In this document: piece after piece, positions 39,335-49,483 of the stretch
Numbering within the stretch: position 1 is the stretch's first letter
Layout: each line of letters begins with the position of its first letter
Assembly: GCA_963702845.1 (NCBI GenBank)
Contig: OY969763.1
Span: 5,536,001-5,600,000, forward strand
Direction: 5' to 3'
From: an uncultured Verrucomicrobiae bacterium
Lineage (GTDB): Bacteria; Verrucomicrobiota; Verrucomicrobiia; Limisphaerales; Palsa-1400
DNA: 64,000 nucleotides
Program-made: the position numbers and the translations under genes
The notes under the pieces: model-generated
The model's input: the letters and a program-made list of their open reading frames with translations, nothing else
The model's database searches: none
What the model was told of the DNA's origin: nothing

Positions 39335-39625
39335 TTAAGAATTCTTCGGCGGAATTTCCGAAGCGGCACGCACCATGTCATTCACAACCTTGGCAAATTC
39401 GTCCAAGCCAGTGGAAGGGATGATAACGTTGTCGCGACGACCGTTCACATCTTCAGTGATGCGCAAAAACCGGCCACGGGGATTTTCTTTTAGGGTAAAG
39501 ATGAACGTCTTACGTTCGATCTGAATTTTCTCCGTCTTCAGGGTATCTTCATTGACAGGCGGTCTGGGCGGACCGGCACTGTATGAACGATAACCGTGGG
39601 GCGACGGGCGTTCGTTTGAAATCAT
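39335..39625 (-). CDS. PUR-domain (PurA/DUF3276-like) ssDNA/RNA-binding protein
   Basis: ERKTFIFTLKENPRGRFLRITE..RDNVIIP matches the PUR repeat pattern. Confidence 0.85.
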   Translation of the reverse strand: MISNERPSPHGYRSYSAGPPRPPVNEDTLKTEKIQIERKTFIFTLKENPRGRFLRITEDVNGRRDNVIIPSTGLDEFAKVVNDMVRAASEIPPKNS

Positions 39626-39703
39626 ATTGTTGTTTCTTTCGCTGCTATGCGCCTCATAAGTGCGGCGCGTTCCATTAACTACTTTGATAAAATACCCTAA
39701 AAG

Positions 39704-40234
39704 TCAACTCCGGAGTTTCCCGAGAGTTGAAAACCTAGGCCTTTCTATCGCTGATGTCTGCGTGTCAGTGACTTTGAAAACGTAGATGACCAGCCCTATG
39801 ATAACAAGGAGATTCGCTGCTTGCGAGCATCCGTGAAGTTTACGAAAGCTTTTATCAGCTTCTTCCCTAGCTGCCGTAACTGTTCCCCAATATTTAATAT
39901 AATGCAAGTTGGCCATCTTAGGCTGCAACCACAGCCCGCTCACCAACGCGAACGCCGTCAGTCCCAGCAATATCGGGAGAATCAAGCGCGAGACGCGTCG
40001 GCCTAAAATCAATGCTACGGCTGCCCAATGGATTAGCGCAATCCCCGCACACCAGTATTGCACCACGGTGTAACGCGCCAGGATGTTCTCGGCCACGATT
40101 CCCACCAGCGGCCGTTGCACAAGCCGGCCCACTTCCGGCGAAAAAACCACCGGAAGCCCGACGGTGACAAATACGGCCGAACCAAGCCACACCGCTGCGT
40201 TAATAGTGCCGATGAACCGGAGCAATTTCGACAT
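39704..40234 (-). CDS. DUF4149/TMEM205-like membrane protein
   Basis: Four TM helices, WLG, QPKM, FRKLHG. Confidence 0.75.
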   Translation of the reverse strand: MSKLLRFIGTINAAVWLGSAVFVTVGLPVVFSPEVGRLVQRPLVGIVAENILARYTVVQYWCAGIALIHWAAVALILGRRVSRLILPILLGLTAFALVSGLWLQPKMANLHYIKYWGTVTAAREEADKSFRKLHGCSQAANLLVIIGLVIYVFKVTDTQTSAIERPRFSTLGKLRS

Positions 40235-40316
40235 ACAGGTTACTTACCACATCGCGACCAACCGGCAGCAAAGAATTTGCTTCCAAGTTGCGCGCCAGAG
40301 CGTAGCTTCCCTAAAA

Positions 40317-40766
40317 ATGCGCTGGATAGTCTTTACTCTACTTCTGGTGATTGCGCCGGCCGCGTTTGCCGGCGAAGGACGTGTCATCAAAGTCCTGCCA
40401 CTTTATCTGGACAGTAAAGGTCGCGATTCTCTCCACCCCAGTCTTTATGAACGCGACGCTTACCAGGCCATTCTTCGCGCGCACCCTCTTCAGTGCTCTG
40501 CCTTGCGCTTCGCTGTGCAATGGAAGGGGCGCGAGATAAATTGGTCAAAGGCACGCATGGTTGTTGAAACGCGTGGCGTGCAAGGAAATGAAATGGTCAC
40601 CCGTTCGGCCCAGCATCCGCTCGAAAAATGTGGTCGGTTCAGCAAATGGGCCAACGTCGATATTTCCGGCAAAGACTTCGAAACTATGGGCGTGCTCGCC
40701 GCCTGGCGAGTCACGCTTTGGGAGGGTGACCATAAGCTCGGTGAACAAAAATCCTTCCTGTGGTAA
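40317..40766 (+). CDS. Secreted hypothetical protein
   Basis: Signal peptide ..AAFA|GE, PSLYERDAYQ, C-terminal AWRVTLW..QKSFLW. Confidence 0.75.
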   Translation: MRWIVFTLLLVIAPAAFAGEGRVIKVLPLYLDSKGRDSLHPSLYERDAYQAILRAHPLQCSALRFAVQWKGREINWSKARMVVETRGVQGNEMVTRSAQHPLEKCGRFSKWANVDISGKDFETMGVLAAWRVTLWEGDHKLGEQKSFLW

Positions 40767-42174
40767 CACTGCGTAACGTTTGTTGCACCCTGTTCTTGTT
40801 GGTTTCGCTATTGAGGATCCACGCAGCCGACAAACCCAACATCATCTTCATTCTGACCGACAATCACGGTGCCTGGACGCTCGGCTGCTACGGCAATAAA
40901 GAAATCCAAACACCCAATATCGATCGGCTCGCCAAAGAGGGCATGCTCTTTACCCGCGCTTTCTGCAACAACTCGGTTTGTTCGCCGAGCCGCGCCACCT
41001 TCCTGACCGGCCTATTGCCCTCGCAACACGGCGTTCACGCTTATATCCCTGAATCCGCCCAAATCGGCCCGAAAGCCTATTGTACGATTCAGGAATTTCG
41101 CACATTACCAAAAATCCTCGCTGACTCGGGTTACGTTTGTGGCTTGTCCGGCAAATGGCACCTCGGCGCAAACCTTCAACCGCAAATCGGCTTTTCTTAT
41201 TGGTTCGCCAAAGCGGGAGGCCACACCACCACCTTCTACAACGACGAGATGATCGGCACGGCAAAGTCTACAAAGAACCGAAATACACGACCGATGCCAT
41301 CACCGACCACGCCATCGAGTTCATCGAGCAAAATACAAACAAGCCGTTCTTTCTCTATCTGACCTATAACGGGCCATACGGCTTGGGTAAAGTCGTGCAT
41401 GAAGAGCACAAGAACCGTTGGACCAGCTACTACGCCGACAAGGAAATGAAATCCTTCCCACGCGAGAAGGTCAGTCCATGGTTAAAAGCCAATCGTTTCG
41501 CCGTCGACAATGTGAAAAGCATGCGCAGTTATGCCGCAGCCGTCAGCGGGGTTGATGACGGCATCGGACGGGTCATGGAAAAATTGCGCGCGCTTGGTCT
41601 AGACAAGAACACGCTCGTCGTTTTCGCCGCCGATCAGGGGCTGAACGCCGGTCACGGCGGTTACTGGGGCATGGGCGATCATTCCCGTCCGATCAACACC
41701 CAAGACGCTACCGTTCGCATCCCTCTGATTTTCTGGAAACCCGGCGACATCGCAGCAGGCAAAACCGTCGACATCATGGTGGAGAATCACGACTTCATGG
41801 CCACTGTGCTCGATTTTATAGGTAACCAATCCCAACAGAACACCAATTCACCGGGCAAAACTTTTGCGCCGGTCTTGCGCGGCCAACCCGTCAAATGGGA
41901 CAACGCCATTTACCACGAATTCGAAAACGTGCGCATGATCCGGACGGAGCGATTCAAACTGACGATGCGGCACCCGTTCGGTCCCGATGAATTATACGAC
42001 CTGCAAAATGACCCCGGCGAGCACGAGAACCTGATTTTCGTCGCTCAATACGCCGATGAAAAACGCGCACTGCAAAAAAAGCTCCGGACATTCTTCGATA
42101 AATACGTCGATCCAAAATACGATCGATGGAATGGTGGCATCACCAAAGGCAACGCGATCCTGAAAGAAGAGTGA
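40760..42174 (+). CDS. Cys-type (formylglycine) sulfatase (frameshift near 41255)
   Basis: KPNIIFILTD, CSPSRATFLTG, GKWHLG, PFFLYL, ELYDLQNDPGE; adding one T restores EMIWHGKVY. Confidence 0.9.
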
Positions 42175-42289
42175 TCGCGGTTTTATTCAAAAATTTTTGT
42201 AAAATATTTTGTGATTCAAGGATTTCCCGCTTGCAACGTCACTGCCCGTTTGGTTTTTATACTACAGCAAATTTTACCAATCAAAAGTC

Positions 42290-42601
42290 ATGTCAGTTCA
42301 TTCGCATTTTCGTCATCAACCGCAGTTTTCTGCAAAAAAGACCGTCAAACCCGTAAACTTCCTCTGCACCATCGATACTGCTCAGCACGTGTCCTTGGTC
42401 GGCGATTTTAATGATTGGCATCCCGAAGCCACGCCGATGGAAAGGCAGCCCGACGGTTGCTGGAGAGCGCAAGTCACGTTGCCAGCCGGTCATCATCACT
42501 ACCAGTTTTTGGTGGACGGCAAGCCGACGCTCGATCCGCGCGCGCAGGGCATTGCCCGCAACGAGCAGAACGAGAAAGTCTGCCTCGTCGCGGTGAGCTA
42601 A
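42290..42601 (+). CDS. CBM48/AMPK-like glycogen-binding (early set) domain protein
   Basis: VSLVGDFNDW, GHHHYQFLVDG..DP. Confidence 0.85.
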   Translation: MSVHSHFRHQPQFSAKKTVKPVNFLCTIDTAQHVSLVGDFNDWHPEATPMERQPDGCWRAQVTLPAGHHHYQFLVDGKPTLDPRAQGIARNEQNEKVCLVAVS

Positions 42602-42622
42602 ATAATGCCGGGTTGCCGGCGT

Positions 42623-43159
42623 TTATAGTTCCGCTTGCAAGGCCTCAAGCATGGAGTCGACGTCCAACTCCCCGTCGTATCGCGTGCCATTGATAAAAAA
42701 GCTGGGCGTGCCGTTCACCTCGCTGCGTGCGCCGCTGATCAAGTCCTGGCGGATACGATTTTCGTGCGCGCCAGAAACGATGTCGCTGGCCACTCGACGC
42801 GCGTCCAACCCCAGTTCCGCCGCATAATTGACGAGGTCGCGATCGTCGAGCGCGTCCTGGTTTTCAAAGAGCAAATCGTGCATTTCCCAGAACCGGCCTT
42901 GTGCACCCGCAGCCTCGGCCGCTTCGGCTGCGTGCTCCGCGTGCGGGTGCATGTTGGTCAGGGGAAAGTGCCGGAATACCAACCGTAGCTGATCGTCCAT
43001 CTGTTCTTCGATCGCCTGCAGAATTGTATGCGCCTGGCCACAGTAGGGACACTCGAAGTCGCCATATTCCACTAGTGTCACCGGCGCTTTTGCCGGTCCA
43101 CGAATATGATCGTGGCGTGTGACTGCAGTTGCGAGTTGAGGTTCGACATGTGCGTTCAT
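42623..43159 (-). CDS. DsbA-like thioredoxin domain protein
   Basis: EYGDFECPYC, FRHFPL, GTPSFFING. Confidence 0.9.
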   Translation of the reverse strand: MNAHVEPQLATAVTRHDHIRGPAKAPVTLVEYGDFECPYCGQAHTILQAIEEQMDDQLRLVFRHFPLTNMHPHAEHAAEAAEAAGAQGRFWEMHDLLFENQDALDDRDLVNYAAELGLDARRVASDIVSGAHENRIRQDLISGARSEVNGTPSFFINGTRYDGELDVDSMLEALQAEL

Positions 43160-43414
43160 ACGTGTGCCTCCTGTTTGCGTGTCGGTTACTAACCTTGCAC
43201 CTCTACCTTCAGCGTCGCCCCGTGGCGGCCATTCCGCTAGAACTCCTTCCCTGTTATTTGTGCTGCGAAAATAGCCTATGCCTGCGTCGCCGGATTTCCT
43301 GAGGCAAACTGGCGGGTGCGGTTACTACATCTGCTGACTTGGATAAACTGAAGTGCGGAGCAGGTTGCATTAACGGGTTTTGGCAAAAAACGCCCCCGCC
43401 AAAAAGGAGGAATT

Positions 43415-44011
43415 ATGAATGGAAACCGTCTGGAGATTGGAACTCTTGCCGATTTAGTTTCGCGTAACTGGTGGGTGTTCGCGCTACGTGGAGTCGCTGC
43501 GATTATTTTCGGAGTGCTCGCATGGGTTTGGCCGGGCATGACATTGTTGGCCTTGGTCTACTTGTTCGCCATATACGCAATCGTGTTCGGGATTTTGTCG
43601 CTCGTTGCGGCTGGGAGCGGGCCGAAAGGACTTCCACGCTTCGGTAATATTATCTTCTCGGGATTATTGAGCATCGCTGCTGGAGTGATTGCGTTCCTGA
43701 TGCCAGGATCGACGGCGATGGCATTGCTGTTCCTGATTGCATTTTGGGCAATTGTGACCGGCATTACGGAAATCACAGCGGCGATTCGCTTGCGCAAAAT
43801 CATTCGCAACGAATGGTGGTTGGCCCTGGTTGGCGTCTGTTCCGTAATATTCGGCTTCCTGCTGATATTGAGGCCGGGCGCAGGCGCACTCGCATTGCTT
43901 TGGTGGATCGGCACGTTTGCAATCATCATCGGCGCGTTGCTGATCGCATTCGCGTTCGAGGTGCGCGGTGTCGGTCGCGCGATGGTAACGCCACCACCAG
44001 CTCCCGCGTAA
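43415..44011 (+). CDS. HdeD/DUF308 family membrane protein
   Basis: NWW..ALRG, six TM helices, SD AGGAGG. Confidence 0.88.
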   Translation: MNGNRLEIGTLADLVSRNWWVFALRGVAAIIFGVLAWVWPGMTLLALVYLFAIYAIVFGILSLVAAGSGPKGLPRFGNIIFSGLLSIAAGVIAFLMPGSTAMALLFLIAFWAIVTGITEITAAIRLRKIIRNEWWLALVGVCSVIFGFLLILRPGAGALALLWWIGTFAIIIGALLIAFAFEVRGVGRAMVTPPPAPA

Positions 44012-46192
44012 CTATTTTGCCGCCGGAGCGATGACAGCGGGCGCAGTGTTTGTTGGCAACGCGGGTGCAGCTTTCGCTGCGTCCAACTTGGGTTTCAATT
44101 GTCCGAACCACAGATACAGTCCCAGGCCAATCAGCAAGATTGCGCCAATAGCAATACTCCGATTGCGGCCTTTGTGGTCTTCGGCAAACGGATCTACCAA
44201 ATTGCGTTGTGACCCCGGAGGCAATACCGCTACCTGAGTGAGCGATTGTCCGAACGGAATATTGATTTTCGCCTTGGAGTTGATTGCCCAACCGTTGGCA
44301 TCCAACAGCGGTCCGAGATTCCGTCGGCGCAATTTGAGCGCCGCCATAATCACTGACGGCAACGAGATGCCGATGATCAACCCGAAGCAAACCAACGGAA
44401 TCAAATACGGCGGTTTGATATTGAAGATGCTCGCGAAAATGGTACCTGCCGCGCCGAGCATTGTAGTTAAAACCAAACCAATAGCGGCAAGAGTGCCGGT
44501 ATCGATCTTCGGTGGCGTAGCTGGGGCCGGTGCCGTCGTCGCAGCCGTGGTCAATTGTGCGCTGACGTTCGCATCAGCAGCGGCGGCCCGTTTGGCGGCG
44601 TGTTCTTCGATGGCGCGCACCAGCTTCTTGTAAGGTGCCCAGAATGCCTGTTGCACGCTCATCGGGTTGTCGATGATCTTCACGATTGTCGCGTCCCAAT
44701 CCTGCCCTTTTCGGTCGTAAAAAACGCCGTTGCGTCCCACCATCAAATTATCTGAATCACCCGCCGTGAACGCCGCCACGATTTGGCGCGTTTCACCGGT
44801 TGCCTTGCGCACGCAATCGCAATACGCCAGATACGTTCCCGACAAACCAGCCAATGACGCGTGTTTACCCGAGTCATGCACAGGCATGCACAAATCGCAA
44901 CTGCGCTGGTCGAGGTACAACACGCCCGACTGGAAAACCGCCTTGTGCCTGCGGCTGTAGAAATCGTGGAACGAAACAAAATTGCACAACAACCGATAAA
45001 AATCGCGGTGAAATCGCACCAGCTTGTCCACCGCTGCAATCGCGTTGGCTTCCGGTTCAAGCGCCTTGTCGCGCACAATCAGCGCATCGAGCGCGCCCTT
45101 CGTATTATCCGCGAGCAACTCGCGCACGTGTTTCACGCCAAGCTTCTCCACCGGCGCACCGGTCTTGGCAGCTTCCCATGCGTCGTAAGGAACAAACTTT
45201 GCCGACACCATCTGCCATTCCGCTTCCGTTAGCATCTCTTTATCACCGACAAACGGCTTCAGGACATTCGCGTCCAAAGCCGCCAGTGCTGCCAACCACG
45301 CCGGATTAATCGCATCCTTTAATGGCAACGCCTTGTGCGCTTCCACTCGCGCCAACGGGAAACTCGCCACTTCCGCCGCCGTAATTGACAAATCTTTCGC
45401 TACGAGTGCCAGGTATTCTTTCTCTTCACGATTCAGCGCCACCAACGCGCGGGAATCAAACGCGGCCAATCGGCAACGCGCAAAAAAATCATCCACCTTA
45501 TGCCGCACCGCGCGGAACGCCGCCACAGCCGCCGTCGTATTCTGTCCGAGCGGCAAAATCGCCGCATCCGTTTCCGATTTCGTCCACCAATCCGAAAACG
45601 CCTGTGCCTCTTTGAAAAACGAATCAATCTTCAGTTGATTAATGCCCGGCTTTCCGCTCCGGTCCGCTTCCGAACCAAAGCACGCAATCACATCCTTGAT
45701 TGCCGCCTGAATCGCCGGTTCCGCGCTGACTTCCACGTGAATGATCCCATCGCCATTAAAATTCGTCTGCGCGAAAATCTTCACCGTATCCGCAGTGTCC
45801 TCGGGCGTGATTATGTCGGCATCTTTTTTGCCGAGATTCGCCAAAAGCTGTTTGGCCGAACAATAAAGTTGATGCCCCTCGGGTGTCTCCGTGTTGATTT
45901 CCGCCAACGGCAATGCCGGGGCCGATTTCAACAACGAATCCGGATTCTTCAAACTGGCGCACGTCCATTTCGCCGCTGCCAAGATTTCCGGCACGCGAAT
46001 ACGTCCGTCCTTGTCTGTATCCAAAAGCGCGAGCGTCTTGGCATCGAACTCCAACCCTTGTGTCGGGCACACCAGCGCCACCCAAAGTTTCGGATCCAAT
46101 TGATCAAGGTTCGCGATATCCGCGCCCGATTTAATCTTAACTTGGTCAAATCCGCCGGCACGGAAGAAATGCCAATTATGTTGTTGGGCCAT
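44012..46192 (-). CDS. Conserved hypothetical protein with EF-hand-like loops and C-terminal TMs
   Basis: DTDKDGRIRVPE, NFNGDGII, GRNGVFYDR, LGPLLDANGWAIN. Confidence 0.8.
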   Translation of the reverse strand: MAQQHNWHFFRAGGFDQVKIKSGADIANLDQLDPKLWVALVCPTQGLEFDAKTLALLDTDKDGRIRVPEILAAAKWTCASLKNPDSLLKSAPALPLAEINTETPEGHQLYCSAKQLLANLGKKDADIITPEDTADTVKIFAQTNFNGDGIIHVEVSAEPAIQAAIKDVIACFGSEADRSGKPGINQLKIDSFFKEAQAFSDWWTKSETDAAILPLGQNTTAAVAAFRAVRHKVDDFFARCRLAAFDSRALVALNREEKEYLALVAKDLSITAAEVASFPLARVEAHKALPLKDAINPAWLAALAALDANVLKPFVGDKEMLTEAEWQMVSAKFVPYDAWEAAKTGAPVEKLGVKHVRELLADNTKGALDALIVRDKALEPEANAIAAVDKLVRFHRDFYRLLCNFVSFHDFYSRRHKAVFQSGVLYLDQRSCDLCMPVHDSGKHASLAGLSGTYLAYCDCVRKATGETRQIVAAFTAGDSDNLMVGRNGVFYDRKGQDWDATIVKIIDNPMSVQQAFWAPYKKLVRAIEEHAAKRAAAADANVSAQLTTAATTAPAPATPPKIDTGTLAAIGLVLTTMLGAAGTIFASIFNIKPPYLIPLVCFGLIIGISLPSVIMAALKLRRRNLGPLLDANGWAINSKAKINIPFGQSLTQVAVLPPGSQRNLVDPFAEDHKGRNRSIAIGAILLIGLGLYLWFGQLKPKLDAAKAAPALPTNTAPAVIAPAAK

Positions 46193-46215
46193 AACTCAGT
46201 TTTCTGGGTTGAGGT

Positions 46216-47142
46216 TTACAGGAAGAAATAAATATAAATCGCGAATCCGACCGCCATGATTCCCGCCGCTGCCGCAATTGACCAAAGCAAATTCCGCTTG
46301 CGCGCCGCCATCGCGAAGGTCGCAATGATCACCGCCGCTTGTGCTGACAACATCCCGAAGAAAAACTGCTGGCTGCGTTTGTGATGCCGTTCCGCCGATA
46401 AATTACTCTTCTTCACCTGCAGTTCGTAAAGAGCCGCCACCGTCTGGTTCAGTCGCGCCTCCGCGTCATAGCGCGCCGCCGCAAAGCGCAATCGCGCCGC
46501 CGTAAAATCGCGCACGAGCGGACGGGAAACCTGCGTCATACCTCCGCCCGTTTTCCCCAGCGCCGCATCCACTTTATCTACCGCTATGCTCAACGGCTTC
46601 ATCGCTGTATCAAAAGCATGCGTCTGCTCAACCGCCGCGCGAACCGCAGCTTGCAACGCCGTCTCATTCACCTTCTGCACCGCCGCGGTAAACTCCTCTT
46701 CCGGCGCCTGATTGGCGAACGCTGCCATCGCACTCTCAATATCCGCATCGAACTTCAACGGCGTCGCCGCTGGCAAATGCGCGCTCCGCACTGAATCAAG
46801 AGATTCCTTGAAACTGGCCTCGCTGAACGTCGCATCCAACTTCGTCACCGCGTCCGTATCCAGCGCGCCGACGTCTGTCGTCGACTGCATGATATCCACC
46901 GTGTTTCGCTGCAATTGGCTGCGCAGCTTCTTTGCCTGGAAAAAATTCCACTGATCGCCGGCCTTCGATTGCTGTTGCGCCGCGAGCGAACGCGTATATT
47001 GCGCGATCGTCATCTCTCGCGTGGCCAAACCGGCCAGCAACGTCGCCACCACTGTCATCACGATCGGCGTGACTGCCAGGATTTTGCCAAAAGAGGTTTG
47101 CGGCAAATCGGCCTTCAGTTCGTCAGGTATTTTTGTCTTCAT
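46216..47142 (-). CDS. DUF4337-like membrane protein
   Basis: N-terminal TM, DQWNFFQAK, helical region, two C-terminal TMs. Confidence 0.75.
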   Translation of the reverse strand: MKTKIPDELKADLPQTSFGKILAVTPIVMTVVATLLAGLATREMTIAQYTRSLAAQQQSKAGDQWNFFQAKKLRSQLQRNTVDIMQSTTDVGALDTDAVTKLDATFSEASFKESLDSVRSAHLPAATPLKFDADIESAMAAFANQAPEEEFTAAVQKVNETALQAAVRAAVEQTHAFDTAMKPLSIAVDKVDAALGKTGGGMTQVSRPLVRDFTAARLRFAAARYDAEARLNQTVAALYELQVKKSNLSAERHHKRSQQFFFGMLSAQAAVIIATFAMAARKRNLLWSIAAAAGIMAVGFAIYIYFFL

Positions 47143-47278
47143 GCGTGTGCGGGAGCCCGCTTAGAACCTGTATTATAGGGGGATTCCTCAACGCGCCAAC
47201 AGCATATTCTGGTGACCTAAATCAAAGCACCCCCGAACAGTGCCGAATAATATCCTAGATTCTGACGTCTGATTGGCC

Positions 47279-48247
47279 ATGCGACTACGCGCACACTATT
47301 TCATTTGGGTGTTGGCACTGGGACTGACGGTCAGTTGCGCCGCGAAGCCGCCCGCAACGCACACTTATAAAAACCCGTTGCTCCCCGAATACGGCTTCGC
47401 TGATCCCGATGTCCTCAAAGTCGGCACCACCTATTATCTCTATCCCACCTACGACACCCGTAGCGGCTATGACGTTTTCACCAGTCAAGACCTCGTGAAC
47501 TGGAAACCGGCTGGGCGTTGTTTCGACGACCCGCGCGGCGGTGCGTGGGCCCCGGATGTCTTCCACAACAAACGTGGCGACGGCAAATTTTACCTCTACT
47601 ACACCGACAGCAACACCAACACCGTTGACCCCCTCAATCTCGACCATAAACAAATTGGGGTCGCCGTCGCCGACAGTCCACTCGGCCCTTTTAAAGACAA
47701 AGGCGTTCTGGCCGCAGAAGCCATCGACGCCCATCTCTTCCAGGATGACGACGGCAAAATGTATCTCTACTATGTCCACTTCGACAACGGCTTCAAACTC
47801 ACAGCCCAACGCATGCGTGATGCCGTCACCAAAGAAGGCGCACCTGTGGCTGTCATCTGGCCGACTGAAGAATGGGAAATGCGCAGTGGCTGGGTCACCG
47901 AAGGCCCGTTCATGGTCAAACACGACGGCACTTACTATCTGATGTTCTCCGGCTCGGGCGCCGACACGCCCAACTACGGCATCGGCTACGCGACGAGCAA
48001 ATCACCAATGGGCCCGTTTAAAAAATATCCCGGCAACCCGATTGCCCATCGCGGCGGCAACGTCGTTGGCCCTGGCCACCACTGCGTCATTGAAGGCCCC
48101 GACCACAAACTTTGGATGGTCTACCATCAGAAATGGGACGACAGCATCAGCTACCACCGATTTTTGGCGCTGGATCCGTTATGGTTTGACAGAAACGGAG
48201 TGATGCACGCCCGCGTTTCGCGTGACACCCCTGAACCGGCGCCATAA
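47279..48247 (+). CDS. Glycoside hydrolase family 43
   Basis: ADPD, WAPD, AIDAHLFQDDDG, EGP, GPGHH; signal peptide with possible lipobox VSC. Confidence 0.92.
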   Translation: MRLRAHYFIWVLALGLTVSCAAKPPATHTYKNPLLPEYGFADPDVLKVGTTYYLYPTYDTRSGYDVFTSQDLVNWKPAGRCFDDPRGGAWAPDVFHNKRGDGKFYLYYTDSNTNTVDPLNLDHKQIGVAVADSPLGPFKDKGVLAAEAIDAHLFQDDDGKMYLYYVHFDNGFKLTAQRMRDAVTKEGAPVAVIWPTEEWEMRSGWVTEGPFMVKHDGTYYLMFSGSGADTPNYGIGYATSKSPMGPFKKYPGNPIAHRGGNVVGPGHHCVIEGPDHKLWMVYHQKWDDSISYHRFLALDPLWFDRNGVMHARVSRDTPEPAP

Positions 48248-48252
48248 GGAAT

Positions 48253-48281
48253 TGGAGCGCGGACAAAATACCCGCGCTCCA
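48253..48281. terminator. Hairpin between convergent GH43 and pfpI-like genes
   Basis: TGGAGCGCGG-N9-CCGCGCTCCA. Confidence 0.65.
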
Positions 48282-48303
48282 TTCCGTCATTCAAACTTCC
48301 GTT

Positions 48304-48915
48304 CTACAACACAGGCACCGTTTCAGCTAATTCCTGCGTGTGCTCCTCCCGCGGTTGCGCAAATGCCATCGCAAACTCATTCACCATGGCTTGATTAAAT
48401 TGCGGAATATCATCCGGCTTCCGGCTCGTCACCAGATTAGAATCCGTCACTACCGATTCATCCACCCATTGCGCACCGGCATTGGTCAAATCCGTCTTCA
48501 ACGACGGCCACGACGTCATGCGCCGACCCCGCACCACATCCGCTTCGATCAACAACTGCGGTCCGTGACAAATTGCCGCCACCGGTTTATTCGCATCGAA
48601 GAACGACTTCACAAACTCCACCGCACCCGCATTGATGCGCAACTTATCCGGATTCAGCACACCACCGGGCAACAATAACGCGTCGTAATCCTGGATACTC
48701 GCCTGGTCCAGCGGCACATCCACATTGAATTTGCTCCCCCACTTCGTCTCCTTCCACCCGCGCACCGTCTGACTCGTCGGCGCGACCGGTGAAATCAAGA
48801 CCGTCTTCGCACCGGCTTTATCAAGCGCCTTGCGAGGCTTTACCATTTCCACTTGTTCAAACCCATCCGTGACGAGAATCGCCACGCGTTTACCGTTCAA
48901 AACATTTTTAGCCAT
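48304..48915 (-). CDS. PfpI/DJ-1 family protein
   Basis: DGFEQVE, LLLPGG, AAICHGP, VTSRKPDD; SD AGGAGG. Confidence 0.93.
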   Translation of the reverse strand: MAKNVLNGKRVAILVTDGFEQVEMVKPRKALDKAGAKTVLISPVAPTSQTVRGWKETKWGSKFNVDVPLDQASIQDYDALLLPGGVLNPDKLRINAGAVEFVKSFFDANKPVAAICHGPQLLIEADVVRGRRMTSWPSLKTDLTNAGAQWVDESVVTDSNLVTSRKPDDIPQFNQAMVNEFAMAFAQPREEHTQELAETVPVL

Positions 48916-49429
48916 AAAAACCTCCTTCAAAAAACTCATACACCCTCCTAATTCACCATCGAACAGCCCCACGAAACCGCAACACCCAACGTTGCCATTC
49001 TGCCGCTTCTGATGCCCTCTCAGCTCTCTCCCCGTTGCGTCTTTCCGACCTTCGTGCCTTTGCGTTGAAAGTTGCTGTAAGAAAGCGAAAGCCGGGACTT
49101 GGAAAAATCCAAATCCCGGCCATTCCGCGATAGCCATCGCGGTTATCCCTCACCCCTTGGTTCCGATCACCCCTGCCGGAACCTCTGCCTCCCTTGGCGA
49201 ATCCCGTGATTACACTCGCTTTTTCTGTCCAAAGTCTCAATGGGGACAAAGCTGGTTTAGAACGTCGGCACTCACACTTGAAACCCGATGCGAACTTAGT
49301 CCCCTTAAGCATGCAGACAGCCCCCACCTACCCCCTCTGACCCGTCACGCCGTCCCAAGCCGCGTAGGACATTGGTGGTGGCAGTTCCCCCAATCCAGTA
49401 GACACGCCTGACGGCAGCCAGGACGGGAA

Positions 49430-49447
49430 TTTACAATTTCATGACAA
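49430..49447 (+). promoter_or_regulatory. Putative OmpR/PhoB-type direct-repeat box
   Basis: TTTACAA-TTTC-ATGACAA (11-bp period); a second copy is at 52328. Confidence 0.6.
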
Positions 49448-49483
49448 ATCCGGCCTGTGCGTCTATTAGGCTGGGCAAACATA

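Noticed and set aside
48916..49137. N-terminal extension of PfpI in the ORF track (also the extensions of trxA, dapA, ychF, addA and the regulator)
   Set aside because: Family N-termini and SD or promoter positions support the shorter starts
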